Source of the DNA: Candidatus Curtissbacteria bacterium
GTDB taxonomy: Bacteria; Patescibacteriota; Microgenomatia; Curtissbacterales; GWA2-41-24
Direction: 5' to 3'
DNA: 57,631 bases
NCBI GenBank assembly: GCA_024654445.1
Contig: JANLHP010000017.1
Location: 210,524 to 268,154 of the forward strand
Part shown: piece after piece, positions 17,862 through 26,012 of the stretch
Layout of the letters: the number at the start of each line of letters is the position of its first letter
How positions within the stretch are numbered: the first letter of the stretch is position 1
Translations under genes and position numbers: made by a program
The notes under the pieces: model-generated
Told to the model about the DNA's origin: nothing
Seen by the model: only the letters and a program-made list of their open reading frames with translations
Database searches by the model: none

Positions 17862-18016
17862 AAGGTCTCATCCTTCTTTAAGGTGAGACCTTAAATACCA
17901 AGAGTTAGATTTAAGGTAGGGCACCTCTTCGAGTCTGAGCAATGAGGCTTACCTCAGAGTCGATGACTCTCGACGACTCCCTCCAAGGGCGGGCAAGCAA
18001 GGATGCCACCTTAAAT
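17862..18016. repeat. A hairpin (17862-17892) plus full-length C element (17909-18016)
   Basis: ATTTAAGGTAGGGCACC…GGATGCCACCTTAAAT, 108 nt. Confidence 0.8.
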
Positions 18017-18044
18017 CGCTTCTTCTGTTGTACCAGTTTTCAAC

Positions 18045-18053
18045 TGGTATAAT
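18045..18053 (+). promoter_or_regulatory. extended -10 promoter TGGTATAAT upstream of SpoIID-like gene
   Basis: sequence match only; same 9-mer at 27529-27537. Confidence 0.5.
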
Positions 18054-18079
18054 ACAAGGACGGTAAGTGCCGGTTTCCC

Positions 18080-19732
18080 ATGCGAAAGATCTTTGTTTTT
18101 ATTCTAATTGCTGCTTTGGGGCTTTTCTATGGAGTTTCCACAACGCGCGCGGACGAGATTGAAGACTTGCAGAAACAGATTAACGATCTCGCGAAACAGT
18201 TAGAGGGCTCTAAAGCTGCGACAACACCTCTGGAATCTGAAGTTAAATCCCTTGAAGGACAATTAGCATCGATCAATGGTCGACTTGTTGTTTTGCAGAA
18301 AGATTTGCAAAAAAGCGAGGACGAGCTGGAGCTTCAAAAAAAGATACTGGCAAGGACGGTGCGAAATTTTTATATAGGAAGTTTTATTGATATACCGCTC
18401 CTGACGCTGTTTTCTTCGGGGGACGCGACGAGTGTTCTAAGAACGATTACCTTTCAGCAAGAATCGAGTAGGCAAGACAGGGCTTTTATCAGAAATATTT
18501 CTGAGCAAATTGTAAAACTCGCGGACGACAAAAAAAGATTGGCAACAGCTCAGGGGCAAATAAATAAGCAGTCACAGTTTTTGAAGGGGGAAATCGCTTC
18601 CGCAAAATCTTTTCAATCCGAAGTTTCGGGTAAGATCGCCGCGCTTTCTGCCAAACAACAGGAAATTTTGGCCGCGAAATCCGGACAGTTCACGGCAAGT
18701 ATTGGCGACAGCGAACTTGCCGACGATTACAACGCGTCTATTAAAGGCTTTCGGGAAGCGGCACCGGCAGGTTCTTTTGCCGTTTTTTCTTTCGGGGCGC
18801 ATACCCATAGAAAAGGGATGAGCCAGTACGGGGCAAGGGGGAGAGCGCAGTCCGGGCAGAATTATAAGACGATTCTAAACGCGTACTTTGGCAAGCAACC
18901 GGTTTCCAAGGAGACCGGAGGTACGATTAAGGTTTCGGGATTTGGCGATATGGATTTTGAAACGACTTATTTGTACGGGATCGCGGAAATGCCTTCTTCA
19001 TGGAATCCGGAAGCTTTGAAGTCACAGGCAGTTGCCGCCAGAACCTATGCTTACCGATATAAGCAGAAAGGGGATGAGATATGTACTTCAGAAGATTGCC
19101 AGGTTTTTTCAAAATCGAAATCCGACAATGTGCCCGCATCCTGGAAAAGTGCGGTTGATTCCACCAAGGGGGAGGTTTTGGAGGACGTTGTTACCTATTA
19201 CGCTTCTACACACGGAGGATACGCTTTTCCTGTTGGCTGGGATACGACGGACGGTTCGGGAGGCAGTAATTTTGTCGATAAGTCGTATGACAAAATTGGC
19301 GGTTCTCCCTGGGTTTATAAAGCATGGTATACCAAGGGCTACAGCCCGTCTTCGGACAAATGCGGGAGGAGTAATCCCTGGCTTAGTCCTGTTGAAATGG
19401 CCGATATCGTTAATGCCGCTATTGCACTGAAAACATCAGGAATTGATACAGGTAGAATAACTCCGATAACAACATCCTGCTGGGGGGGCAATCCCTACAG
19501 TATTGATGAACTTAGGAATTTGGTTAGCGGGAAGGGGGGGCTTAGTTCCGCAAGTAGCGTTTCTGTTTCACAAGGTAGTGGTTCAACAGGAACGGTTAAT
19601 ATTAACGGGGTACCTTTAAATGGCGATGAGTTTTGTAAGGCATTTAATTTGAGAGCCCCTGGGTATTTGCAGATACCACAATGGTCGGGTAACCAATGCG
19701 GCGGCGCGTTTTTTAATATAGAGAAGAAGTAG
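18080..19732 (+). CDS. SpoIID/LytB-domain protein with N-terminal coiled coil
   Basis: signal/TM, coiled-coil region, then HRKGMSQYGARGRAQSGQNYKTILNAYF and AVAARTYAY motifs typical of SpoIID. Confidence 0.7.
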   Translation: MRKIFVFILIAALGLFYGVSTTRADEIEDLQKQINDLAKQLEGSKAATTPLESEVKSLEGQLASINGRLVVLQKDLQKSEDELELQKKILARTVRNFYIGSFIDIPLLTLFSSGDATSVLRTITFQQESSRQDRAFIRNISEQIVKLADDKKRLATAQGQINKQSQFLKGEIASAKSFQSEVSGKIAALSAKQQEILAAKSGQFTASIGDSELADDYNASIKGFREAAPAGSFAVFSFGAHTHRKGMSQYGARGRAQSGQNYKTILNAYFGKQPVSKETGGTIKVSGFGDMDFETTYLYGIAEMPSSWNPEALKSQAVAARTYAYRYKQKGDEICTSEDCQVFSKSKSDNVPASWKSAVDSTKGEVLEDVVTYYASTHGGYAFPVGWDTTDGSGGSNFVDKSYDKIGGSPWVYKAWYTKGYSPSSDKCGRSNPWLSPVEMADIVNAAIALKTSGIDTGRITPITTSCWGGNPYSIDELRNLVSGKGGLSSASSVSVSQGSGSTGTVNINGVPLNGDEFCKAFNLRAPGYLQIPQWSGNQCGGAFFNIEKK

Positions 19733-19747
19733 TGCTAGAATTAATTA

Positions 19748-20344
19748 GTGCCTGAAGATACGATTCACACCACAAATCCTTTCGCGATGTTCGCGCCTCA
19801 ACCGATCGGGGTGTCTTTTGAAGGAAGAGAAAGAGGCGAGAAGATCGTTTTGATGTTGCGGGCACACATTGTGACGTTAGTTCCGCAAATTATTTTCGTT
19901 ATTTTTTTATTAATTTTACCCATTATTATTGGTCCAATACTTTCCACAATAGGAGTTGATATTTTTGGTTCTTTAAACGTGGGCCAGAGATTTTTGCTGG
20001 GAGTTTTGTGGTACTTTTTTGTATTCGGTTACGCTTTTTATAAATTTATTTTTTGGTACTTTAATATTTATATGCTTACAAGCGAACGTATAATCGACTT
20101 TGATTTTAAGGGAGTTTTACATAGGGAAACTTCGTACGCAAATCTTACCCAGATCGAAGATGTTTCCCCCAAAAGCATTGGTTTTTTTAGCGCGTTTTTT
20201 CATTTTGGAAATGTTTTTGTTCAAACTGCCGGCGAAAAACCGGAGTTCGAATTTCACCACGTTCCAAGACCTAACGATGTTGCCAAAGAGATTTTAGAGC
20301 AAATAAGAAGAGAAGAGGGAGAAAGGCGAGGATCGGTCGGATAA
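19748..20344 (+). CDS. membrane protein with bacterial PH (YdbS/YdbT-like) domain
   Basis: two TM helices followed by RIIDFDFKG…GNVFVQTAGEKPEFEFHHVPRPNDV; GTG start as given by track (start uncertain). Confidence 0.55.
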   Translation: MPEDTIHTTNPFAMFAPQPIGVSFEGRERGEKIVLMLRAHIVTLVPQIIFVIFLLILPIIIGPILSTIGVDIFGSLNVGQRFLLGVLWYFFVFGYAFYKFIFWYFNIYMLTSERIIDFDFKGVLHRETSYANLTQIEDVSPKSIGFFSAFFHFGNVFVQTAGEKPEFEFHHVPRPNDVAKEILEQIRREEGERRGSVG

Positions 20345-20580
20345 TGATTGTCGAAAATGGTTTTTTTAGTTTAGACTTTTTAACTGGTGCTTTTACGATC
20401 AAGGCGTTCGCGGTTTTGTTCCTTGTTTTTTACAGCGTGTTTAGCTTGATTCTTTACAGACAAATCCAGTTGATGGCAAGAAGTGTCCAAATCCAGCTGG
20501 CTTCAGTTTTAAAGGCTATTGCGATTGTTCAAATAGGAGTATCGATCGCTTTGATTTTTATAATTATCGGAGCATTTTAA
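20344..20580 (+). CDS. small two-TM membrane protein
   Basis: ORF, ATG overlaps upstream stop (TAATG). Confidence 0.55.
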   Translation: MIVENGFFSLDFLTGAFTIKAFAVLFLVFYSVFSLILYRQIQLMARSVQIQLASVLKAIAIVQIGVSIALIFIIIGAF

Positions 20581-20619
20581 GAAAAGAGAGCTTATATTTA
20601 TCGCTAAAAAGCTCAAAAT

Positions 20620-22653
20620 ATGGAAGAAGCATCTATCCACGTAGAAAAAGTTACAGGGCTTCCAGGGGAAGGCGTAGCCTGTCGCGTTTTTACGACAAAG
20701 GTTTCAATTGCCGATTTTGTAGGTACAGTTGTTTCCTGCATTTACGTTGTTGGGAAGGAAGCAGAATCTAGCGAAGTACTTTCGGACGTATTTGATCTTT
20801 CTGTTAAAAAACTTGAGGAAGGTGAAGATGGTGTGCTTTCCGCCCTTAAGCAGACGAGCGCAAACGTTAGGAGTTATCTTGCGGGAAAAGACTTGGAGCT
20901 TCATTTTGCAACGGTCGTTTTCTATCAAGGCGCGGCTTACATTTGCCGATTTGGAGAAAGTGTAAAAGTATTTGTTTTTAGTCCTCCAAAATCAAGTGAG
21001 CTTACTTTTGAGGTGGGTTCGGGCAGAGTCGGGTCGGGACAAATATATCTTTTGGCAACAGAAGCGTTTCTTTCACTTTTTGACACGTCTGTTTTTGCAA
21101 AAGAAGCAGAGGTCGATTTTGAAGAAATTATAGACGGACTGGCAACGGAAATTTCGGCCGAAGCTGACCAGAGCAAGGTAGGTGCGGCGTTTGCGCAGAT
21201 TAGGGGAGATAAACAGGCCGTAATTGACGAGGAGACAGAAAAGGAAAGAGAAGGTAAAGAGGATAAAGAAGGTGGAGAGGATACAGAAGGGACATTAGTA
21301 GGAAGCGAAGAGGAAGTTGCGGAGGACAAGACTATCGGTGATGAGATAGCGGCGGAGGACAAACATGAAGTTTCAGAGGGTGCAAGTGTCGAGGAAAGAG
21401 GAGTCGGAAGTATTGGCGAGGAGGAGACAGCGGTCCCAAGGGATGAAGGCAGAACTGAGATGCCTGAAGCTTTCGCGAACCAAACAGATTACGCATTTGG
21501 TGAAGCCGAACAAGGGGTACGGGAGGAGAAATCACCGAAATTTAAAAATCCTTTGCCCATTATTTTGGGTGCTGTAGGGCGAGAAATTTCAAGGTTGAGG
21601 CATGGTGATGTTGGGGCAGTCTTTAGACTCAGACGAAACATAGTTTTTATTGCAGTTGTAGTTTTATTGATTTTGGCAAGTTCGGTGGCGTTTGCGATAA
21701 GACAAGGCAACGAAAAAGAAAAGCAGGCCGCATTTGATGCCCATATGGCGACCGCTTCGAGTAAATTTAGCGAAGGTTCCGCGATTGTTGATCTGAACAG
21801 ACAAAGAGCGAGGGAAGTTTTGATTGATGCGGAACGTGAAGTTGGGCTTGCTCTTGAACTTAGGCCTAAAGATGAGCGCGCGCAAAAACTCAAGGATGAT
21901 ATTGCAGCTAGATTAAAAGCTACGGAGTCTAATTCGAATGTGAATTTTTCGACTTTTGCCCAAATCGGGGAGAGTGTTAATTCTTTGGGAATTTCGGGGA
22001 AAAACGTGGTAGTGGTTTCGGTTGACAAAATTACGGTTGTTGACAGTGGTGGTGAGACAGTAGATGAGGTTGAAGGAGTGAAAGGAGCAAAAACGGCGCA
22101 AGTTTTTGACAGCAGAGTTTTTGCGAGCAGCGGCTCTGGTGTTACAAGAGTGAATCTTGGAGGAGGGGAAGCTGTTAGGGTTGCGGATGGTGGTGCAGGT
22201 GAAGTAGGTGTATTTTTTGGAAATGTTTATCTGCTTTTTGGCAACAAGATCGACAAACATGTGCCTGTAGAGGGAGGTTACTCTGGTCCAAGCGCGTATT
22301 TGTCAGGCTCTTACGATTTTGGTCAAAACCCCAGCTTTGCGATCGACGGTATGATTTGGGTTTCCGGAGGTAACAAGATTTATAAGTTCAACAGGGGGCA
22401 GGAAGAAACATTTTCTGTTTCTGGAATGCAGGGGAATCCGACTTTCGGTGTGATCTACACCAGTGGTGAAATTGATAATTTGTATGTCGTTGACCGCGCT
22501 AATTCGGCGCTTTTGGTTATCGGCAAAGACGGAGTTTTCAAGAGTGCTTATCAGTCGCCGGAATTTGCAAAAGCTGCCGATGTTTTAATCAACGAAGACG
22601 AACAGAAGATGTATATTACTTCCGAAAACAAAGTGCTTGTCGCACCCCTTTAA
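20620..22653 (+). CDS. hypothetical 677-aa single-pass membrane protein (weak PP2C-like N-terminal region, acidic linker, beta-rich C-terminus)
   Basis: long ORF; TM IVFIAVVVLLILASSVAFAI mid-protein; domain call is pattern-level only. Confidence 0.6.
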   Translation: MEEASIHVEKVTGLPGEGVACRVFTTKVSIADFVGTVVSCIYVVGKEAESSEVLSDVFDLSVKKLEEGEDGVLSALKQTSANVRSYLAGKDLELHFATVVFYQGAAYICRFGESVKVFVFSPPKSSELTFEVGSGRVGSGQIYLLATEAFLSLFDTSVFAKEAEVDFEEIIDGLATEISAEADQSKVGAAFAQIRGDKQAVIDEETEKEREGKEDKEGGEDTEGTLVGSEEEVAEDKTIGDEIAAEDKHEVSEGASVEERGVGSIGEEETAVPRDEGRTEMPEAFANQTDYAFGEAEQGVREEKSPKFKNPLPIILGAVGREISRLRHGDVGAVFRLRRNIVFIAVVVLLILASSVAFAIRQGNEKEKQAAFDAHMATASSKFSEGSAIVDLNRQRAREVLIDAEREVGLALELRPKDERAQKLKDDIAARLKATESNSNVNFSTFAQIGESVNSLGISGKNVVVVSVDKITVVDSGGETVDEVEGVKGAKTAQVFDSRVFASSGSGVTRVNLGGGEAVRVADGGAGEVGVFFGNVYLLFGNKIDKHVPVEGGYSGPSAYLSGSYDFGQNPSFAIDGMIWVSGGNKIYKFNRGQEETFSVSGMQGNPTFGVIYTSGEIDNLYVVDRANSALLVIGKDGVFKSAYQSPEFAKAADVLINEDEQKMYITSENKVLVAPL

Positions 22654-22838
22654 ACTTGATTTTGAAGCTAATTTTTGGTAGACTGTGTCTTCCTGTTCTC
22701 TCTCAAAATCGAAAGATTTTGAAAAGGAGAAATACGATTTATAATGATTTGAATCTGGCTTTGCCAGTTCAAATTCTCCTCTTAAGGGAAAGAGGAATAT
22801 TAAGGAGAAAACCGTAGGTTGTCTCCTTAAAGTAACCT

Positions 22839-23206
22839 GGGGATGTATTGTTTCGACAGGATGGCTCTTTAAAAACTGCAAGCCGAATACGATTCTAAGT
22901 GCGTCAAACTTGAATCAAATTTACGTGCAGACAGAGATGTCTCACCGGCTCCAAGAGGCTTTGCTTTTGCATAAGTTTCTTTAAGAGTCTGTCTTTTAAG
23001 TCTTTTCTCGACGTGACTTACTAGGCAACAACTCAGTCGAGAGTAGGACTTAGGTTCTGATCAAACCTCAGTCTGAAACTTAGATCTTTGTTCTAAATTA
23101 GCCTGTTAATCGGCCACAATTTAAAACGAGATTTTATAGATTAAATAAGCTTGTAGATGTTTTTAAAATGTTTTCTTGGACGAGGGCTCAAAACCCTCCA
23201 TCTCCA
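22839..23206 (+). ncRNA. ssrA: tmRNA (SsrA)
   Basis: 5' GGGGATGTATTGTTTCGACAGGATGG…; 3' GGACGAGGGCTCAAAACCCTCCATCTCCA with acceptor pairing GGGGATG/CATCTCC incl. G3:U70; in-frame tag ending …GFAFA-TAA (stop 22972-22974); smpB adjacent. Confidence 0.9.
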
Positions 23207-23219
23207 CACACTCTCTCTG

Positions 23220-23277
23220 GTCATCCTGAACTTGATTCAGGATCTAAAAATGGATTCCAGATCAAGTCTGGAATGAC
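23220..23277. repeat. GTCATYCTG-family MITE-like element (two opposed hairpin units)
   Basis: GTCATCCTGAACTTGATTCAGGATC … ATTCCAGATCAAGTCTGGAATGAC. Confidence 0.7.
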
Positions 23278-23323
23278 AAGTTTGTAAGTTATCGACTTCG
23301 ATCGAACAATATTCAATCCGTTT

Positions 23324-23375
23324 GTCATTCTCGACCAGACCCTTGAATCTAGATCCCCGCTTTCGCGGGAATGAC
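23324..23375. repeat. GTCATYCTG-family element
   Basis: GTCATTCTCGACC…CCCGCTTTCGCGGGAATGAC. Confidence 0.65.
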
Positions 23376-23386
23376 GGGAAGAGTAG

Positions 23387-23824
23387 TTATTTGTTCTCTC
23401 TTATCTCTCTCTCGACGTCGCGTTCTATCGTTTTTTTCTTAAGATCTGCTCGTTTGTCGTATTTTGCTTTTGTTTTGGCGAGTGCAACCTCTGTTTTTGC
23501 TAGATTTCCTTTTATGTAGATAGAGAGCGGAACAATTGTTAGATTTCCGCCCGCAATTTTCCCTAACCAGTTTAGAATCTGCCTTTTGTGCATTAAAAGT
23601 TTTCGTTCGCGCCGGCTGTCCGCGTATTTTTGGGAACCCATCCAGGGATTTATAAAAGCATTGACCAAGAAAACTTCGCCGTCTTTAATCCTGGCGAAGC
23701 TTTCGGAAAGGTCAGCTCGCCCAGCACGGATAGACTTGATTTCTGCCCCATTCAATACGATTCCAGCCTCGACTTTTTCCAAAATATGGTATTTATTTTT
23801 GGCTCGTCTGTTAAAAATTCTCAT
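23387..23824 (-). CDS. smpB: SsrA-binding protein SmpB
   Basis: KNKYHILEKVEAGIVLNGAEIKSIRAGRADLSESFARI…; typical length and basic tail. Confidence 0.9.
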   Translation of the reverse strand: MRIFNRRAKNKYHILEKVEAGIVLNGAEIKSIRAGRADLSESFARIKDGEVFLVNAFINPWMGSQKYADSRRERKLLMHKRQILNWLGKIAGGNLTIVPLSIYIKGNLAKTEVALAKTKAKYDKRADLKKKTIERDVEREIRENK

Positions 23825-23832
23825 TTGAATTT

Positions 23833-23908
23833 GTCATTCTGGCTTGTCCAGAATCCGATTTTGCTTGCAAAACTTATCTTCTGGAGTCGCTTCGCTCCCC
23901 AGAATGAC
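23833..23908. repeat. GTCATYCTG-family element
   Basis: GTCATTCTGGCTTGTCCAGAATC…CCCCAGAATGAC. Confidence 0.7.
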
Positions 23909-23991
23909 GTAAGTAAGTTGCTGCTTGTCCTATAATTTCTCAAGAAATTAATGAGAAGAAATTGTATTCTTCGAATATAATAGCATCCCAA

Positions 23992-24666
23992 ATGGCTTTA
24001 TCTTTTTTAGATTTGGTTTTTCCCAAGCGCTGTGTTTCTTGCCGTAGGCTTGGAAATTATATATGTACTGATTGTTTTTTGAAAATTGAGTTTTTGGAAC
24101 ATCCGGTTTGCCCGGTTTGCCAGAGACAGGCAATAGGTGGGCGAGTACACCCTGGGTGTAAGACGCTGTATACGTTGGACGGACTAGTAGTTGCTTGTAA
24201 ATATAGAGGTCCGGTTCGAAATGCGATAAAGAAGGTGAAATATAGATGGGTTCGAAGCATCGAAAAGGTTTTAGTCGATCTTTTGGTCTCGCAAATTTGG
24301 AGGTTTGACTTACCGGAGGATGTAATCCTGGTGCCAGTCCCACTTCATATTAAACGTGAAAGGTGGAGAGGATTTAACCAGTCCGAAATTTTGGCAAGCA
24401 CCCTAGGGAGAGAATTCAAAGTTCAGTCTAATCTATCGATTAATCGATTAATCGATACAAAAGCGCAAGTAAGGCTGGATAGAAAAGCAAGGAAAGAAAA
24501 TGTGAAAGGGGCTTTCGCTATTGCGAGGGGTGCAAAAGTAGAAGGGACAAATATTATATTAGTGGATGATGTTTATACGAGCGGTTCGACGATGAGCGAG
24601 TGCGCAAAAGTTTTAAAAAAAGCTGGCGCAAAAAGCGTTTTGGGAGCAGCAATTGCTCTGGGGTAA
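23992..24666 (+). CDS. ComF-family phosphoribosyltransferase-like protein
   Basis: N-terminal CxxC…CxxC zinc fingers (CVSCRR…CTDC, CPVC…HPGC) and PRTase motif IILVDDVYTSGSTM; ATG 23992 preferred over upstream TTG. Confidence 0.8.
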   Translation: MALSFLDLVFPKRCVSCRRLGNYICTDCFLKIEFLEHPVCPVCQRQAIGGRVHPGCKTLYTLDGLVVACKYRGPVRNAIKKVKYRWVRSIEKVLVDLLVSQIWRFDLPEDVILVPVPLHIKRERWRGFNQSEILASTLGREFKVQSNLSINRLIDTKAQVRLDRKARKENVKGAFAIARGAKVEGTNIILVDDVYTSGSTMSECAKVLKKAGAKSVLGAAIALG

Positions 24667-24677
24667 CTCTCCACCAT

Positions 24678-24833
24678 GTCATTATGTAGCCCTTCACTCC
24701 TGTCATCCTGAGCGGAGCGAAGGATCTGTCCTTTGTTCAGGGTAAACTCCGCGCGAGAATCTTTTCTAGATCCTATTTCGAGTTCGCGAGAAACAAGCTC
24801 TCTTTTCGTGGTCGTTGCCACTCCAGGATGACA
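24678..24833. repeat. 156-nt GTCATYCTG-family element, paralog of 27354-27503
   Basis: …CCTGTCATCCTGAGCGGAGCGAAGGATCTGTCCTTTGTTCAGGGTAAACTCCGCG…CTCCAGGATGACA. Confidence 0.75.
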
Positions 24834-24847
24834 AGGGCGATGCATTT

Positions 24848-24856
24848 TGGTAGAAT
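24848..24856 (+). promoter_or_regulatory. extended -10 TGGTAGAAT, 9 nt before ATG 24866
   Basis: sequence match only. Confidence 0.45.
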
Positions 24857-24865
24857 TTGGCCGAT

Positions 24866-25567
24866 ATGACTGAATCTGACGCAGGAACAATACACTCACA
24901 AGCAGAACAAGCTCGCGAACGAGGGGATTTTACAGAAGCATTGAAGCTTACTGAGGATGCTTTCGCCGCTTATAATTCCGAAGGAAATGGTGCTAAAGCT
25001 GCTGAAGTCTTAGCGTCGAAGACCTTAACTCTTCGCCACTTATATGAGCAGACTGGGGATATATCTTATTTGGATCAGGCAAAAGAAGAGGCTAGAAGAT
25101 CGGTCCAGGTTGCTACAGCCAGCGGTGTTGGTGGAGCCACGATTTTGCCTCGTTACAATTTAGCAAAAGTCTTAGAAACTTCTGGAGAATTAGAAGAAGC
25201 TACGGGAGTAATGGAAGGGGTTGTTGATGACATGATGAAAAATCCTCCCGAGGAGCTTAAACGTCCATCTGTTAAAGCGGAAATGGAAGTAAGACTTGCA
25301 ACTTTCGAGTATAGAGGTGGCGATAAGAGTGCTTTAGAGCGAGCAGAAAAATCACTTTCAGACCTTGAAGCAGCGGATGAACCAGATGAGTATGCCAGAG
25401 ATGTTTGGGTTTCTGGTGGCCATATGAAAATTGCCGCGATGTTAGTTGAAGATGATCCTGCGAAGGCAAAAGAACACTTAGAAAAAGCAAGAGCAATTAT
25501 TGACGGTAACCCTAAATTAACACTTCGAAGAGCTCAATTCGAAAAACTCTCCCAAAGCTTCAGTTAA
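24866..25567 (+). CDS. hypothetical helical-repeat (TPR-like) protein
   Basis: ORF; ATG 24866 lies 9 nt after TGGTAGAAT (24848-24856). Confidence 0.6.
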   Translation: MTESDAGTIHSQAEQARERGDFTEALKLTEDAFAAYNSEGNGAKAAEVLASKTLTLRHLYEQTGDISYLDQAKEEARRSVQVATASGVGGATILPRYNLAKVLETSGELEEATGVMEGVVDDMMKNPPEELKRPSVKAEMEVRLATFEYRGGDKSALERAEKSLSDLEAADEPDEYARDVWVSGGHMKIAAMLVEDDPAKAKEHLEKARAIIDGNPKLTLRRAQFEKLSQSFS

Positions 25568-25595
25568 CTCCAAATCCTGAATAAATACTAGACAA

Positions 25596-25874
25596 TGGCG
25601 GAGGAGGTGGGATTTACAACTAAAGTTGTAGTATAGTGCACTTCGCTTGCACTATAAACGAACCCTTCCTGCGGAGGCGAGAGGATTCGAACCTCTGAGA
25701 GCCTTACGGCCCTAGTTGTTTTCAAGACAACCGCACTAGTCCACTATGCGACGCCTCCGAGTTGTCCAATTATCGCACTAGTCCACATTAGGCCCGCAGA
25801 TCTGCTATGCAGATCGAGGACCGCATGCCATGGCCCTGAGTAATCGAAGGGGCACTGTATATGCGACCTCTCCC
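25596..25874 (-). other. tRNA-Ser-like outer shell (5' acceptor/D-arm piece with 72-nt D-loop insert; T-arm/acceptor/CCA piece with 44-nt T-loop insert) enclosing tRNA-Ser(UGA)
   Basis: minus-strand reading GGGAGAGGTCGCATA[72 nt]TGTGGACTAGTGCG…[tRNA]…GGAAGGGTTCG[44 nt]AATCCCACCTCCTCCGCCA; compare genuine GGAGGCGTCGCATAGTGGACTAGTGCG and GGGTTCGAATCCCACCTCCTCCGCC. Confidence 0.6.
25672..25758 (-). tRNA. tRNA-Ser(UGA), class II
   Basis: folded by hand: acceptor GGAGGCG/CGCCTCC, anticodon stem GTTGT/ACAAC, loop CTTGAAA, 18-nt variable arm, T-arm AGAGG-TTCGAAT-CCTCT. Confidence 0.9.
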
Positions 25875-25877
25875 AGT

Positions 25878-25950
25878 TGGCGGAGGAGGTGGGATGTGCG
25901 CTTTTTGCGCGAATAGTGCACTCCGTTTACACTATTTACGAACCAATGGG
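25878..25950 (-). other. orphan tRNA-Ser 3'-half-like fragment with 43-nt T-loop insert, immediately downstream of tRNA-Ser(GCU)
   Basis: minus strand …GGTTCG[TAAATAGTGTAAACGGAGTGCACTATTCGCGCAAAAAGCGCAC]ATCCCACCTCCTCCGCCA. Confidence 0.55.
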
Positions 25951-26012
25951 TTCTCATCAGCCACCTCTCTTTTACAAAATTAGGACTAAAAAAGCCCAAT
26001 TTCGCAAAAGGG

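Noticed and set aside
14102-18016. Repeated hairpins between the pilin genes considered as a CRISPR array
   Set aside because: The repeats are separated by whole genes of different sizes, differ in orientation and composition, and have no uniform spacers or nearby cas genes.
20704-22260. Multiple overlapping ORFs on both strands within 20620-22653
   Set aside because: The 677-aa sense ORF explains the region. The alternatives are Ser/Pro/Leu-rich shadows.
22585-22881. 98-aa minus-strand ORF
   Set aside because: It overlaps the 5' end of the tmRNA and the 3' end of the 677-aa gene, with no support.
23322-23519. ORFs 23322-23519, 24573-24899 and 45549-45803
   Set aside because: They are translations of GTCATYCTG-family repeats (peptides such as …RFRGNDGKS…, …SAQDDRSEG…, …SERSESKS…), which recur in non-coding copies.
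25953-25960. CTGATGAG (minus strand) followed by a 5-bp helix GAACC/GGTTC, which resembles a hammerhead ribozyme core
   Set aside because: After helix II the sequence is GTAAAT rather than the invariant GAAA. No stem I/III or cleavage-site context could be built, and GGTTCG is better explained as a tRNA T-arm remnant.
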